Under the pieces are notes generated by a model. That model searched no databases. It was not told the origin of the DNA and worked only from the letters and a program-made list of their open reading frames with translations. This document shows positions 28,101-36,048 of a stretch of 64,000 bases of DNA, in pieces. Made by a program: the position numbers and the translations under genes. Within the stretch, counting starts at the first letter, position 1; each line of letters begins with the position of its first letter. The stretch comes from Lentisphaeria bacterium (GTDB taxonomy: Bacteria > Verrucomicrobiota > Lentisphaeria > Victivallales > UBA1829), in the NCBI GenBank assembly GCA_017503545.1, contig JAFVSW010000335.1, positions 171 through 64,170 of the forward strand, written 5' to 3'.

Positions 28101-29448
28101 CGATTTGGAAGGCGGCGAATACTGTTGCATATCAGGTGATGTTCTGACGCATCCGGATCAACCGGCTACCGTTCCCGCGCCTCTCTATGATATACCCATC
28201 CCGCAAATGGAAGGTTTTATCGAGCCGGTCATGCTCCATACCATGCGGCAGTTTGTTGTCAAACGCGGCGATCTCAAAACCGTGATCGCCGGATACCCCT
28301 GGTTCCTGGATTGGGGACGGGATACGTTGATTGCCGCACGCGGATTGCTTGCCGCACCCGAATTTCACGACGATGTAGCAAAGATTCTGATCCAATTTGC
28401 TTCTTATGCCGAAAATGGAACGATCCCCAACATGATTTCCGGCGGAAATGCGTCCAACCGGGATACTTCGGATGCTCCGCTCTGGCTTTTCCGGGCTGTC
28501 GCAGATTATTGTGAAGTGACAGGCGATACCTCATTCCTTTCCCGGAAAATCCGCGGTGAGGAAACATTGCTCCAAATCCTCTCCACATTGGCTGATGATT
28601 ATGCAAAAGGTACGCCAAACGGCATTTGCATGGATCCGGCATCCGGCTTGATTTACAGTCCACCCCATTTTACGTGGATGGATACCAATTATCCCGCCGG
28701 AACACCACGGGAAGGTTATCCCATCGAGATCCAGGCATTGTGGTACAATGCCTTGCAATTTCTGTCCCAACAGGAAGCAACTCCGGAAAAACGTTCCGAA
28801 CGGGCAAATCTTGCACAAAAAGTCCGGCAGAGTGTCTTGCGGTATTTCCGCGCACCGGATCGCGGATGGCTTTCCGATTGTCTCCATGCTGCGAAAGGAA
28901 CTCCTGCCGCAGAAGCAATTCCCGATGACCACCTGCGCCCGAATCAATTGTTTGCTATTACATTAGGATTGATTGATTCAATTGATGACCGGAAAGCCAT
29001 TCTGGATGCCACAGCAGAACTTCTCGTTCCCGGTGCCATCCGGACTCTTGCCGATCGGGATGTGAAAGTTCCTCTTCCCGTCAAATCTCATGATGGAACA
29101 TTGCTGAACGATCCGTATCATCCTTATCGCGGACGGTATGAAGGTGATGAAGACACCAGCCGGAAAGTGGCATATCATAACGGGACCGCATGGACCTGGG
29201 TATTCCCATCCTGGCCGGAAGCCTGTTTCATGACATACGGCACATTGGGACGGCGTACCGCAACTTCCGTTCTTTCCTCCATGACATTGTTGATGGATGG
29301 CGGGTATATCACGCAACTGGCAGAAGTGGTGGATGGTGATTTCCCTCATACATTGCGTGGTTGTGGCGCACAGGCATGGAGTATCACAGAATTTTACCGG
29401 GTTTGGGCTTTATTACACAACAGGCATAACGGGAGCGGAACAGTATGA
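25114..29448 (+). CDS. Bifunctional glycogen debranching enzyme (GH13 alpha-amylase-like + amylo-alpha-1,6-glucosidase)
   Basis: GH13 motifs DIAINHT, DGFRCDAG, LLEGLG, ETHDN. Glucosidase motifs IAGYPWFLDWGRD, TWMD, EIQALWYNAL, RPNQL, YHNGTAW, QAWS. Confidence 0.9.
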   Translation: MLPKISQYPETGKHLLRYCGDTLEIRMRCDRKVTGSAYLSTNIGNAVLRRSEIIAEAEQNLLSAGQDWANLQMEQVDDFTFRICLALHEPGHFECKTCLITEKDPQPIWAQGDNLHVNVISASYCCANGIYCAFPRQFGINREKRESSLPDGISAEMQQKFDQNNYNVIPPSGTFRDVIRQLDHIIGDLKCRILHLLPVNPTPTVYGRMGRYGSPYAALDFTAVDPALAEFDRAATPLDQFMELADAVHGRGAKIFIDIAINHTGWASKLQEEHPEWFVKEADGKTIHSPGAWGTVWEDLAELDSQQRELWQYLANVFLIWCSRGVDGFRCDAGYMIPERAWSYIIAKVRTTYPDTIFLLEGLGGDPAVTSSLLDTGNMDWAYSELFQNYSRSEVEGYLRYAWRQSAENGVLVHYAETHDNSRLAAVSPQYAKMRTALCALSSVSGSFGFANGVEWFATEKIDVHESRALNWGAPFNQVDHIARLNAILAVHPAFHNGAMLQTLDSRSNDGVVILRETMNPQGHVLVCVNLNCNASVRIEWDPAYINGGSAEQYWDLLSGKKCHIADTPQQYKYLTLPPGMVYCLTPQKEYLDKVNASLQNKNGTVERVRMQEASAMAARILCKVCHTKVIPEEPGLTPGVLLLQSPERFLREIVQNTRGAIPFVTWKFPADAKRSVMLPPDHCLLVKAPEPFRMTLGKADSVMMQYDAIRSDNGTYFAVIPPLEVPRKHTPYIIKLRSSSGKGNVQCVQGTILLLAEDTPLACVSYTRQEIYRANRTFLQGNGRGAIICQPMELGRLDSRYDALLLANLSDEYPVDRHIMLRRVRIWLTYQARLQELKHDYISSFQMGKDGSGIWHYQCPVGNGLLVGLSVKMQIISGRNSILLTITREPSNGSPKHLPDDSLIHFSVYPDIEDRNFHTETKASAGPEKEWQGKIKYHAAGFEFAPAEDRRLMMQSSKGRFKNKPEWIYMVYQAAEASRGLDPYSDLFTPGCFRFDLEGGEYCCISGDVLTHPDQPATVPAPLYDIPIPQMEGFIEPVMLHTMRQFVVKRGDLKTVIAGYPWFLDWGRDTLIAARGLLAAPEFHDDVAKILIQFASYAENGTIPNMISGGNASNRDTSDAPLWLFRAVADYCEVTGDTSFLSRKIRGEETLLQILSTLADDYAKGTPNGICMDPASGLIYSPPHFTWMDTNYPAGTPREGYPIEIQALWYNALQFLSQQEATPEKRSERANLAQKVRQSVLRYFRAPDRGWLSDCLHAAKGTPAAEAIPDDHLRPNQLFAITLGLIDSIDDRKAILDATAELLVPGAIRTLADRDVKVPLPVKSHDGTLLNDPYHPYRGRYEGDEDTSRKVAYHNGTAWTWVFPSWPEACFMTYGTLGRRTATSVLSSMTLLMDGGYITQLAEVVDGDFPHTLRGCGAQAWSITEFYRVWALLHNRHNGSGTV

Positions 29449-30665
29449 AAAAGAAAAAAAATGATAATAATAATAAAACTATGACGGAGAAAAGTACACC
29501 GATCGAACTGGATCGGTCTTCCAGTTCCGCTTTGCCGGAAGGTGCCTTGTTTCTGATCACGGCAGTATCCATTATCTTTTTCGGCTTGATCGTACTCTAT
29601 TCCACATCCTTTTCCGTTTATGGATATTCCTTTTTCCAGAAACAGATGATTTGGATGACGCTGGGACTGTTTGCCTTCCCCGTCATTCTGTTTGTCGGAT
29701 ACCGGATGTTATCCGATTACAGTGTTCTGCTTTTGTATATCTGCGGTCTGTTGTTGATCTGGGCATTGTTTTCCAGACCAATCAAAGGTGCGTACCGTTG
29801 GGTCTCTTTTGCCGGATTCACGTTACAGCCGTCGGAATATGTAAAAGTAACTCTGGTCCTCTTCCTGGCGTGGTTTTATGCCAACCGGACACGTGCCATT
29901 GAACATGCTCCGCTGTTGAAAGTATTCCTTCCCGCCGGGTTGATCGCCGGTCCCGTGATCGCATTGGTCCTGTTGGGACGTGACCTGGGAACAACCATTC
30001 TGCTGGGAACGGTATTCCTTGCCATGTCATTTGTTGCCGGTATTCCGTTGCGGTATATCCTGCCATTCATTGTGGGATTGCCGCCCCTTGCTGTGCTGAT
30101 TATTCTCAAATTCGACCCGGAACGCTCCTCCCGTATCATCAGCTTTCTTGATCCGGAAAACTGTCAATCAGCAGACGGCTATCAATTGTGGAATTCCCTG
30201 TTGGCATTGGGATCAGGCAATTGGTTCGGGATCGGTTTTACAGAAAGCCGTTTGAAATTGAAATATCTGCCGGAAGCACATACCGACTTCATTCTTTCCA
30301 TCGTTGGAGAAGAATTGGGGTTTGTTGCTGTAACTTCGGTTATTGTCTCCTACCTGCTCCTGGCATTTTTCGGATTCCGGATCGCATCAAAAGCGCGGAC
30401 AAGACAGGGAATGCTTGTGGCATTCGGCATGTGTACCTACATCACCTTGCAGGCAATCATCAATCTGGGCGTGATCTGCGGTGCCCTCCCGACAAAAGGG
30501 ATGCCCGCCCCCATGATCTCTTACGGTGGAAGTTCTCTGCTTGCCTGTATGATTGCCGTTGCAATCGTCTTTTGTGTGGCATTGGATAATACCTATCCGA
30601 AATACGATGAACTGCTCCATCGCAAACTGCCATTCTTCTCCGGAAAAGACAGGAAAAAGAATTGA
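29445..30665 (+). CDS. ftsW: FtsW/RodA/SpoVE (SEDS) peptidoglycan polymerase, probably FtsW
   Basis: GAYRW, QPSE, DLG, GYQ, YLPEAHTDFI, EELG, LPTKG, SYGGSS. Confidence 0.85.
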   Translation: MKKKKNDNNNKTMTEKSTPIELDRSSSSALPEGALFLITAVSIIFFGLIVLYSTSFSVYGYSFFQKQMIWMTLGLFAFPVILFVGYRMLSDYSVLLLYICGLLLIWALFSRPIKGAYRWVSFAGFTLQPSEYVKVTLVLFLAWFYANRTRAIEHAPLLKVFLPAGLIAGPVIALVLLGRDLGTTILLGTVFLAMSFVAGIPLRYILPFIVGLPPLAVLIILKFDPERSSRIISFLDPENCQSADGYQLWNSLLALGSGNWFGIGFTESRLKLKYLPEAHTDFILSIVGEELGFVAVTSVIVSYLLLAFFGFRIASKARTRQGMLVAFGMCTYITLQAIINLGVICGALPTKGMPAPMISYGGSSLLACMIAVAIVFCVALDNTYPKYDELLHRKLPFFSGKDRKKN

Positions 30666-30692
30666 TTTACGGGACAGATCCCCCCATAAACA

Positions 30693-30729
30693 TCACTCCT
30701 GTCCGGTAAAAAATTCCGGATAGGAGTGA
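30693..30729. terminator. Hairpin between convergent genes
   Basis: TCACTCCTGTCCGG-N9-CCGGATAGGAGTGA. Confidence 0.7.
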
Positions 30730-30812
30730 CTTCAATATTGTTTTGAAAAATCGTAAAAACGCATCTTGAAGAAGAGTTGCGCCATAAAATCAAATCGGGA
30801 GTGTCCGGTATA

Positions 30813-32843
30813 TTATCCCTGTTGAAATTGAGTATCATGCAATTTCTTGTATCTGCCGTTCAATGCCAGCAGTTCATCATGTGTACCCATCTCTACGATC
30901 TCGCCTTTGTTCAGCACAATGATCTGATTTGCACTGCGGATCGTGCTTAAACGGTGGGCAATGGCAAATACGGTACGATTGGTCATCACGTTATTCAACG
31001 CATCCTGAACCAGTTTTTCCGTGACCGTATCCAACGCACTGGTCGCTTCGTCCAGAATCAGGATCGGCGGATTTTTCAAAATCGCGCGGGCAATGGCAAC
31101 ACGCTGTTTTTCCCCGCCGGAAAGTTTGAAACCTTTTTCCCCGACTTCTTCATCATATCCTTCCGGATGTCCGCCGGATACAATAAAGCTGTGGGCATTG
31201 GCAAGTTTCGCCGCATTGATCACATCTTCGCGGGTGGCATTGTCAGAGCCGTATGCAATGTTATCCGCAATGGATTCATTGAACAAAGTCGGATCCTGAG
31301 TCACAATCCCGATGTTTTTACGCAACGATTCAATGGTATAATCCTGCACATTCACACCATCAATCAACACAGAACCGCCAGTCGTATCATAAAAACGTGC
31401 CAGCAGATTGGCAATCGTGGTCTTACCGGATCCGGTTTCCCCGACAACCGCCACCATACTGCCTTTCGGAATCGTAAAGGATACACCTTTGAGGATCTCA
31501 TGTCCGCCTTCATATCCGAACCGGACATTCTTAAATTCGATTCCGTTATTGAACTCTTTCAATTCCACGGCATCTTTCTTTTCGATCAACGCAGTATCAA
31601 TATCCATGATTTCAAAATAACGTTCCGCCGCCGCCATACTCCGCTGCAAATGGCTGACAATACGGGTCAGGTCTTTAATCGGACGGTATGCCAGAACGAT
31701 CGGACCGAGAACCGCAAACATTTCGGTAATATTACCGCCTTTGCTGTATGAATAAGTCAGAAAAAGCAAACTCAAAGTCACCGCCACCATTTCCATCAAC
31801 GGGTGCATCAGCAATTGACGGCTCAATGCTTTGGCGCATGTACGGAAATATTTATCGTTGGCAGTTTCAAATTTTTCCGTTTCCTTCTTCTCCATATAAT
31901 TGGCTTTGACAATGAAAATTCCGGTAAACGTTTCGTGCATCCGGGAATAGATTCCGGCAATATTGTTAAATGCTTTCCGGTAAAGTTTACGGATTTTACG
32001 GGCGATCACTACGACCGGGAAAATACAAAGGGGAACCCCGAGCAGCAGCAAAAGAACAAGCCCGAGATTATTCTGTTGCAAACTGATGCAAACCACAGCG
32101 GAAAAACAGGCTATGATCTCCAACGGACAACGTGTTGCATCCGCAATCGTTTCCGATACCGAACTTTCAATTGCAGAAGTATCGTTGGTACAACGGCTGA
32201 TCAATTGCCCGATATCCTGCCGACCGTAAAAACCGACGTACTGATTCAGCAATTTGGAAAAGATTGCTGTACGCATATCGGCAACGACTTTTGCACCAAC
32301 CCAGCGGGTATAATAATGGTTCAAATAATAAGCAAAGTTTTTCAAAAGCCAGAAAAGCAGAAAAATCACAACATAAATCGCAAAAAACTGCCATGCAATT
32401 CTGCCGTAAGGATTCAATACGTTGACTTTGATTTCTTTCGGCCAGGTAAATGTAATGATACGCCCTTCCACGCGCAACGGCAAATGCAATGTTTTGGCGG
32501 TTTTTTCCAATTTTTTCAAGGCACCCGTTAATTTCGGATCATCGTCTTTCGGCTGCAAAATCTCCTGTACTGCCGCCTGGGCTTCTTCTTTCGATTTATA
32601 TTGCTTCGCCGACAATTCCTGTACGATCTTTTCCGCTGTGATCGAGGTCTTACTCTTTTTCCCGGAATCCTGATCCACAATCAACAACATATCCGGCAAC
32701 AGAAGCAAACTGCTGAACAAGGAACCACCTACGATCAGACCGCAGAGAATACCGATCGTCAACCGGACACGGTAAGGTTTGATAAAAGGATAAAGACGCT
32801 TGTAAATCGCCCAAGTTTCCGCCACGGATATTTTTTTCGACAT
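30813..32843 (-). CDS. ABC exporter, MsbA-like (TMD+NBD)
   Basis: Walker A GETGSGKT, LSGGEKQR, ILDEATSALD, IAHRLST; N-terminal TM domain. Confidence 0.9.
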   Translation of the reverse strand: MSKKISVAETWAIYKRLYPFIKPYRVRLTIGILCGLIVGGSLFSSLLLLPDMLLIVDQDSGKKSKTSITAEKIVQELSAKQYKSKEEAQAAVQEILQPKDDDPKLTGALKKLEKTAKTLHLPLRVEGRIITFTWPKEIKVNVLNPYGRIAWQFFAIYVVIFLLFWLLKNFAYYLNHYYTRWVGAKVVADMRTAIFSKLLNQYVGFYGRQDIGQLISRCTNDTSAIESSVSETIADATRCPLEIIACFSAVVCISLQQNNLGLVLLLLLGVPLCIFPVVVIARKIRKLYRKAFNNIAGIYSRMHETFTGIFIVKANYMEKKETEKFETANDKYFRTCAKALSRQLLMHPLMEMVAVTLSLLFLTYSYSKGGNITEMFAVLGPIVLAYRPIKDLTRIVSHLQRSMAAAERYFEIMDIDTALIEKKDAVELKEFNNGIEFKNVRFGYEGGHEILKGVSFTIPKGSMVAVVGETGSGKTTIANLLARFYDTTGGSVLIDGVNVQDYTIESLRKNIGIVTQDPTLFNESIADNIAYGSDNATREDVINAAKLANAHSFIVSGGHPEGYDEEVGEKGFKLSGGEKQRVAIARAILKNPPILILDEATSALDTVTEKLVQDALNNVMTNRTVFAIAHRLSTIRSANQIIVLNKGEIVEMGTHDELLALNGRYKKLHDTQFQQG

Positions 32844-32969
32844 GTCAAATACTTTCTATGATTAATTTTGTTATCTTTCTGAAATACAATAAACCGGAAA
32901 TCGGAAAAAGTCAAGCAGTTTTTGTCCGGTTGAAAATCTTTTTCCGCGTTTTTAACGGTTCTCCTGTCA

Positions 32970-34214
32970 TTATTGCAGACGCATCGCCGTCGGCTGCGTA
33001 CTCTTTTTCGGAAATCGGGTCGCACAATCCAACGGAGAAAGACGGTCCACAAAACCCCAACGGCGGGACACGGGCCAGAATATATTAAACGGACGCCCGA
33101 TAATATTCCGGTGCGGCACAACACCCCACATACGACTGTCCAAACTGTTATTCGTATTATCACCAAGGGCAAAATAACATTTTTCCGGAACGGTGATCTC
33201 CTGTTCATCCGCAAGCAATCCCAACGGGGCATGGCCCTGATAGCCGCCACGGAAGGAATACAACTTTTTCATCTGCGGGCAAAGTTCATCCGCACGGCGG
33301 AATTCTTTTTCCCCTTTCGGGCGGATATACAAAACATTATCCACGATCTTCAGCGTATCCCCGCCAATCCCTGCAATACGCTTGATGTAATAATATCCGG
33401 CAAGGGGCAATCCATCATAAAGCGTGTGCAGATTTTCCGTATTGAATATAAAAATCTCACCACGCTGCAGCGGTCTGTAATGCAAAGAAATCCGGTCCAC
33501 AAACAAATGGTCGCCGGAGGATACCCAGCCATCCATGACCGTTTCCCCTTTCCGGAATGTGCGATTCTGCGGATCAAGGTCAAGATAACGGTAAATATTA
33601 TTTACCACATCATGTCCGGGCAAACAATACCAGTCACCACCGATCATCACACGGGTCGCAGCAATGTAAAATTCTGCCGGATTGACAAGGGAAAACAAGA
33701 CGGAAACCAGAGAACGGTTTTCCCGGATGCCCCCTTCCCGGAAGATACCATCGTTCTGCGCCACAATCTTTGCCCGGGATGCACCAAGAGGCCGGAACAG
33801 TTTCGTCATAAAGCCGGTATATGGTTCCGCTTCCTTTGCATCCACATAATGAATCCCGAACAAAGTCGGCTGCATACTGCTGGTCGGAATCTTGAACGGC
33901 TGCATGAAAAGTCCGCGGATACCGAACGCAACAGCCAGAGCCACCGCAAGGACATCCAGAAAATTCCGCATGACATAACGGAATTCTTTCCGATCATGAA
34001 GTTTCGCCAGTTTTTTCTCCAGAATTTCAATATTCCGCGCATCCGTTTTGGAAGTCTCACGGATCTCTGCCTGTAATGCACGATACCGTTCCTTTTCCTC
34101 TTCAGAAAGAATATCATCATCAAACGCCAACAGTTCACGGACCGTCACTCGCAATTCCTTGTGACGTTTCCGCAACGTGCGGTTATTCCATAAATTCCGG
34201 AGAAATGCTGTCAT
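32970..34214 (-). CDS. lepB: Signal peptidase I
   Basis: FKIPTSSMQPTL (catalytic Ser), YIKR (catalytic Lys), GDNTNNSLDSRMWG; immediately downstream of lepA. Confidence 0.92.
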   Translation of the reverse strand: MTAFLRNLWNNRTLRKRHKELRVTVRELLAFDDDILSEEEKERYRALQAEIRETSKTDARNIEILEKKLAKLHDRKEFRYVMRNFLDVLAVALAVAFGIRGLFMQPFKIPTSSMQPTLFGIHYVDAKEAEPYTGFMTKLFRPLGASRAKIVAQNDGIFREGGIRENRSLVSVLFSLVNPAEFYIAATRVMIGGDWYCLPGHDVVNNIYRYLDLDPQNRTFRKGETVMDGWVSSGDHLFVDRISLHYRPLQRGEIFIFNTENLHTLYDGLPLAGYYYIKRIAGIGGDTLKIVDNVLYIRPKGEKEFRRADELCPQMKKLYSFRGGYQGHAPLGLLADEQEITVPEKCYFALGDNTNNSLDSRMWGVVPHRNIIGRPFNIFWPVSRRWGFVDRLSPLDCATRFPKKSTQPTAMRLQ

Positions 34215-34224
34215 AATTCAAACC

Positions 34225-36030
34225 TTATTCATCCGCATTTTTCAGAACGGCAATGAAAGCTTCCTGCGGAATGTTCACCTGTCCGATCTGTTTCATGCGC
34301 TTTTTACCTTCTTTCTGTTTTTCCAACAGTTTCCGTTTACGGGTAATGTCACCGCCGTAGCATTTTGCCAACACGTTTTTACGCAATTGACGCACGGTTT
34401 CACGGGCGATCACTTTGCCGCCAACGGCTGCCTGGATCGCAATCTGGAACATTTGCTGCGGAATCACACCGGCAAGGCGTTCCGCCAACAGACGCCCACG
34501 GGAATAGGCGTGATCCGTATGCACAATACTGGCAAATGCATCAACCGGGTCACCGTTGACAAGGATATCCAGTTTGACCAGTTTTTCCGCCTGATAGCCA
34601 TCCTGTTCATAATCCATACTGCCGTATCCACGGGTGATGGATTTAAGTTTATCATGGAAGTCGATCAGGATTTCGTGCATGGGCAGACGGGCGGTGATGA
34701 TCACATGTTCCGCATCCAGACTTTCTGTGTTGGTGCAAAGTCCGCGTTTGGACATGACCAGGTTCATAATATCGCCGATGTAACAGGAGGGAGACATGAT
34801 CCGTGCGGAGATCATGGGTTCTTCGATCCGGTCGATTTCTGACGGATCGGGCAGATGCACCGGGTTATCCACCAGCTTCATTTCCCCGTTCTTCATGTAA
34901 ACATGATAAATCACGCTGGGGTATGTAGCAATGATATCCATATTATATTCACGGCGGAGACGTTCCTGAATGATTTCCATGTGGAGAAGTCCGAGGAAGC
35001 CGCAACGGAACCCGAATCCAAGCGCAGCACTGGTTTCCGCCTGATACATGAACGCCGCATCGTTCAATTGCAATTTCGCCATGGAAAATTTCAACTGTTC
35101 ATAATCCGCGGTATCAATCGGGTAGATCCCGCTGAATACCATCGGTTTGATCTCCTGAAATCCGGGCAGCGGCTCCGGACACGGATTTTTCGCTTCCGTA
35201 ATCGTATCCCCGATACGGGCATCCGACGGAGATTTGATATTCGGGATCAAATATCCTACGGAACCGGTTCCCAGAGAATCCGCCGCTTTCATTTCCGGGG
35301 TGAATACGCCGACTTCTTTGATTTCACTTTCCAGACGGTTACTCATCAGACGGAGACGGTCTCCGCGTTTGAGAGAACCGGAGAACATACGCACATAAAC
35401 CACAACACCCCGGTAGGCATCGTACAGAGAGTCAAAAATCAAAGCAGCGGCATGATCCCCTTCTGAAACTTTCGGGGACGGCACCCGTTCCACGATCGCT
35501 TCCAGCAAATCGGGAACACCCTGCCCTGTTTTAGCGGAAACTGCCAATGCTTCTTCCCGGGGAATGGCAAGAACTTCTTCCAATTGTTCATAGCACAACG
35601 GCAGATTCGCCGCCGGCAAGTCGATCTTGTTGATCACCGGAATGATTTTGAGATCATGTTTCATTGCCAGATTCACGTTCGCAACCGTTTGCGCCTGCAC
35701 ACCTTGTGTGGCATCGATCACAAGAATCGCACCTTCGCAGGAGGACAGAGCGCGGCTGACTTCGTATGCAAAGTCCACGTGTCCGGGAGTGTCGATCAGG
35801 TTCAATTCATATTCCTGTCCGTCTTTGGCATTGAACTTCATGCGGACGGGGTGAGATTTGATCGTGATCCCGCGTTCCTGTTCCAAATCCATGGCATCCA
35901 ACAGCTGATCATGCACCATTTCTCTGGCTTCCACCGTATTGGTTGCTTCCAGCATACGGTCAGCCAGAGTGGATTTTCCATGGTCAATATGAGCAATAAT
36001 AGAAAAATTACGTATTCTTTCCAAATTCAT
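34225..36030 (-). CDS. lepA: Elongation factor 4
   Basis: IRNFSIIAHIDHGKSTLADR, GFRCGFLGLLH, KCYGGDITRKRKLLEKQKEGKKRMK. Confidence 0.98.
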   Translation of the reverse strand: MNLERIRNFSIIAHIDHGKSTLADRMLEATNTVEAREMVHDQLLDAMDLEQERGITIKSHPVRMKFNAKDGQEYELNLIDTPGHVDFAYEVSRALSSCEGAILVIDATQGVQAQTVANVNLAMKHDLKIIPVINKIDLPAANLPLCYEQLEEVLAIPREEALAVSAKTGQGVPDLLEAIVERVPSPKVSEGDHAAALIFDSLYDAYRGVVVYVRMFSGSLKRGDRLRLMSNRLESEIKEVGVFTPEMKAADSLGTGSVGYLIPNIKSPSDARIGDTITEAKNPCPEPLPGFQEIKPMVFSGIYPIDTADYEQLKFSMAKLQLNDAAFMYQAETSAALGFGFRCGFLGLLHMEIIQERLRREYNMDIIATYPSVIYHVYMKNGEMKLVDNPVHLPDPSEIDRIEEPMISARIMSPSCYIGDIMNLVMSKRGLCTNTESLDAEHVIITARLPMHEILIDFHDKLKSITRGYGSMDYEQDGYQAEKLVKLDILVNGDPVDAFASIVHTDHAYSRGRLLAERLAGVIPQQMFQIAIQAAVGGKVIARETVRQLRKNVLAKCYGGDITRKRKLLEKQKEGKKRMKQIGQVNIPQEAFIAVLKNADE

Positions 36031-36048
36031 TTAACGTACTCCGATTAT

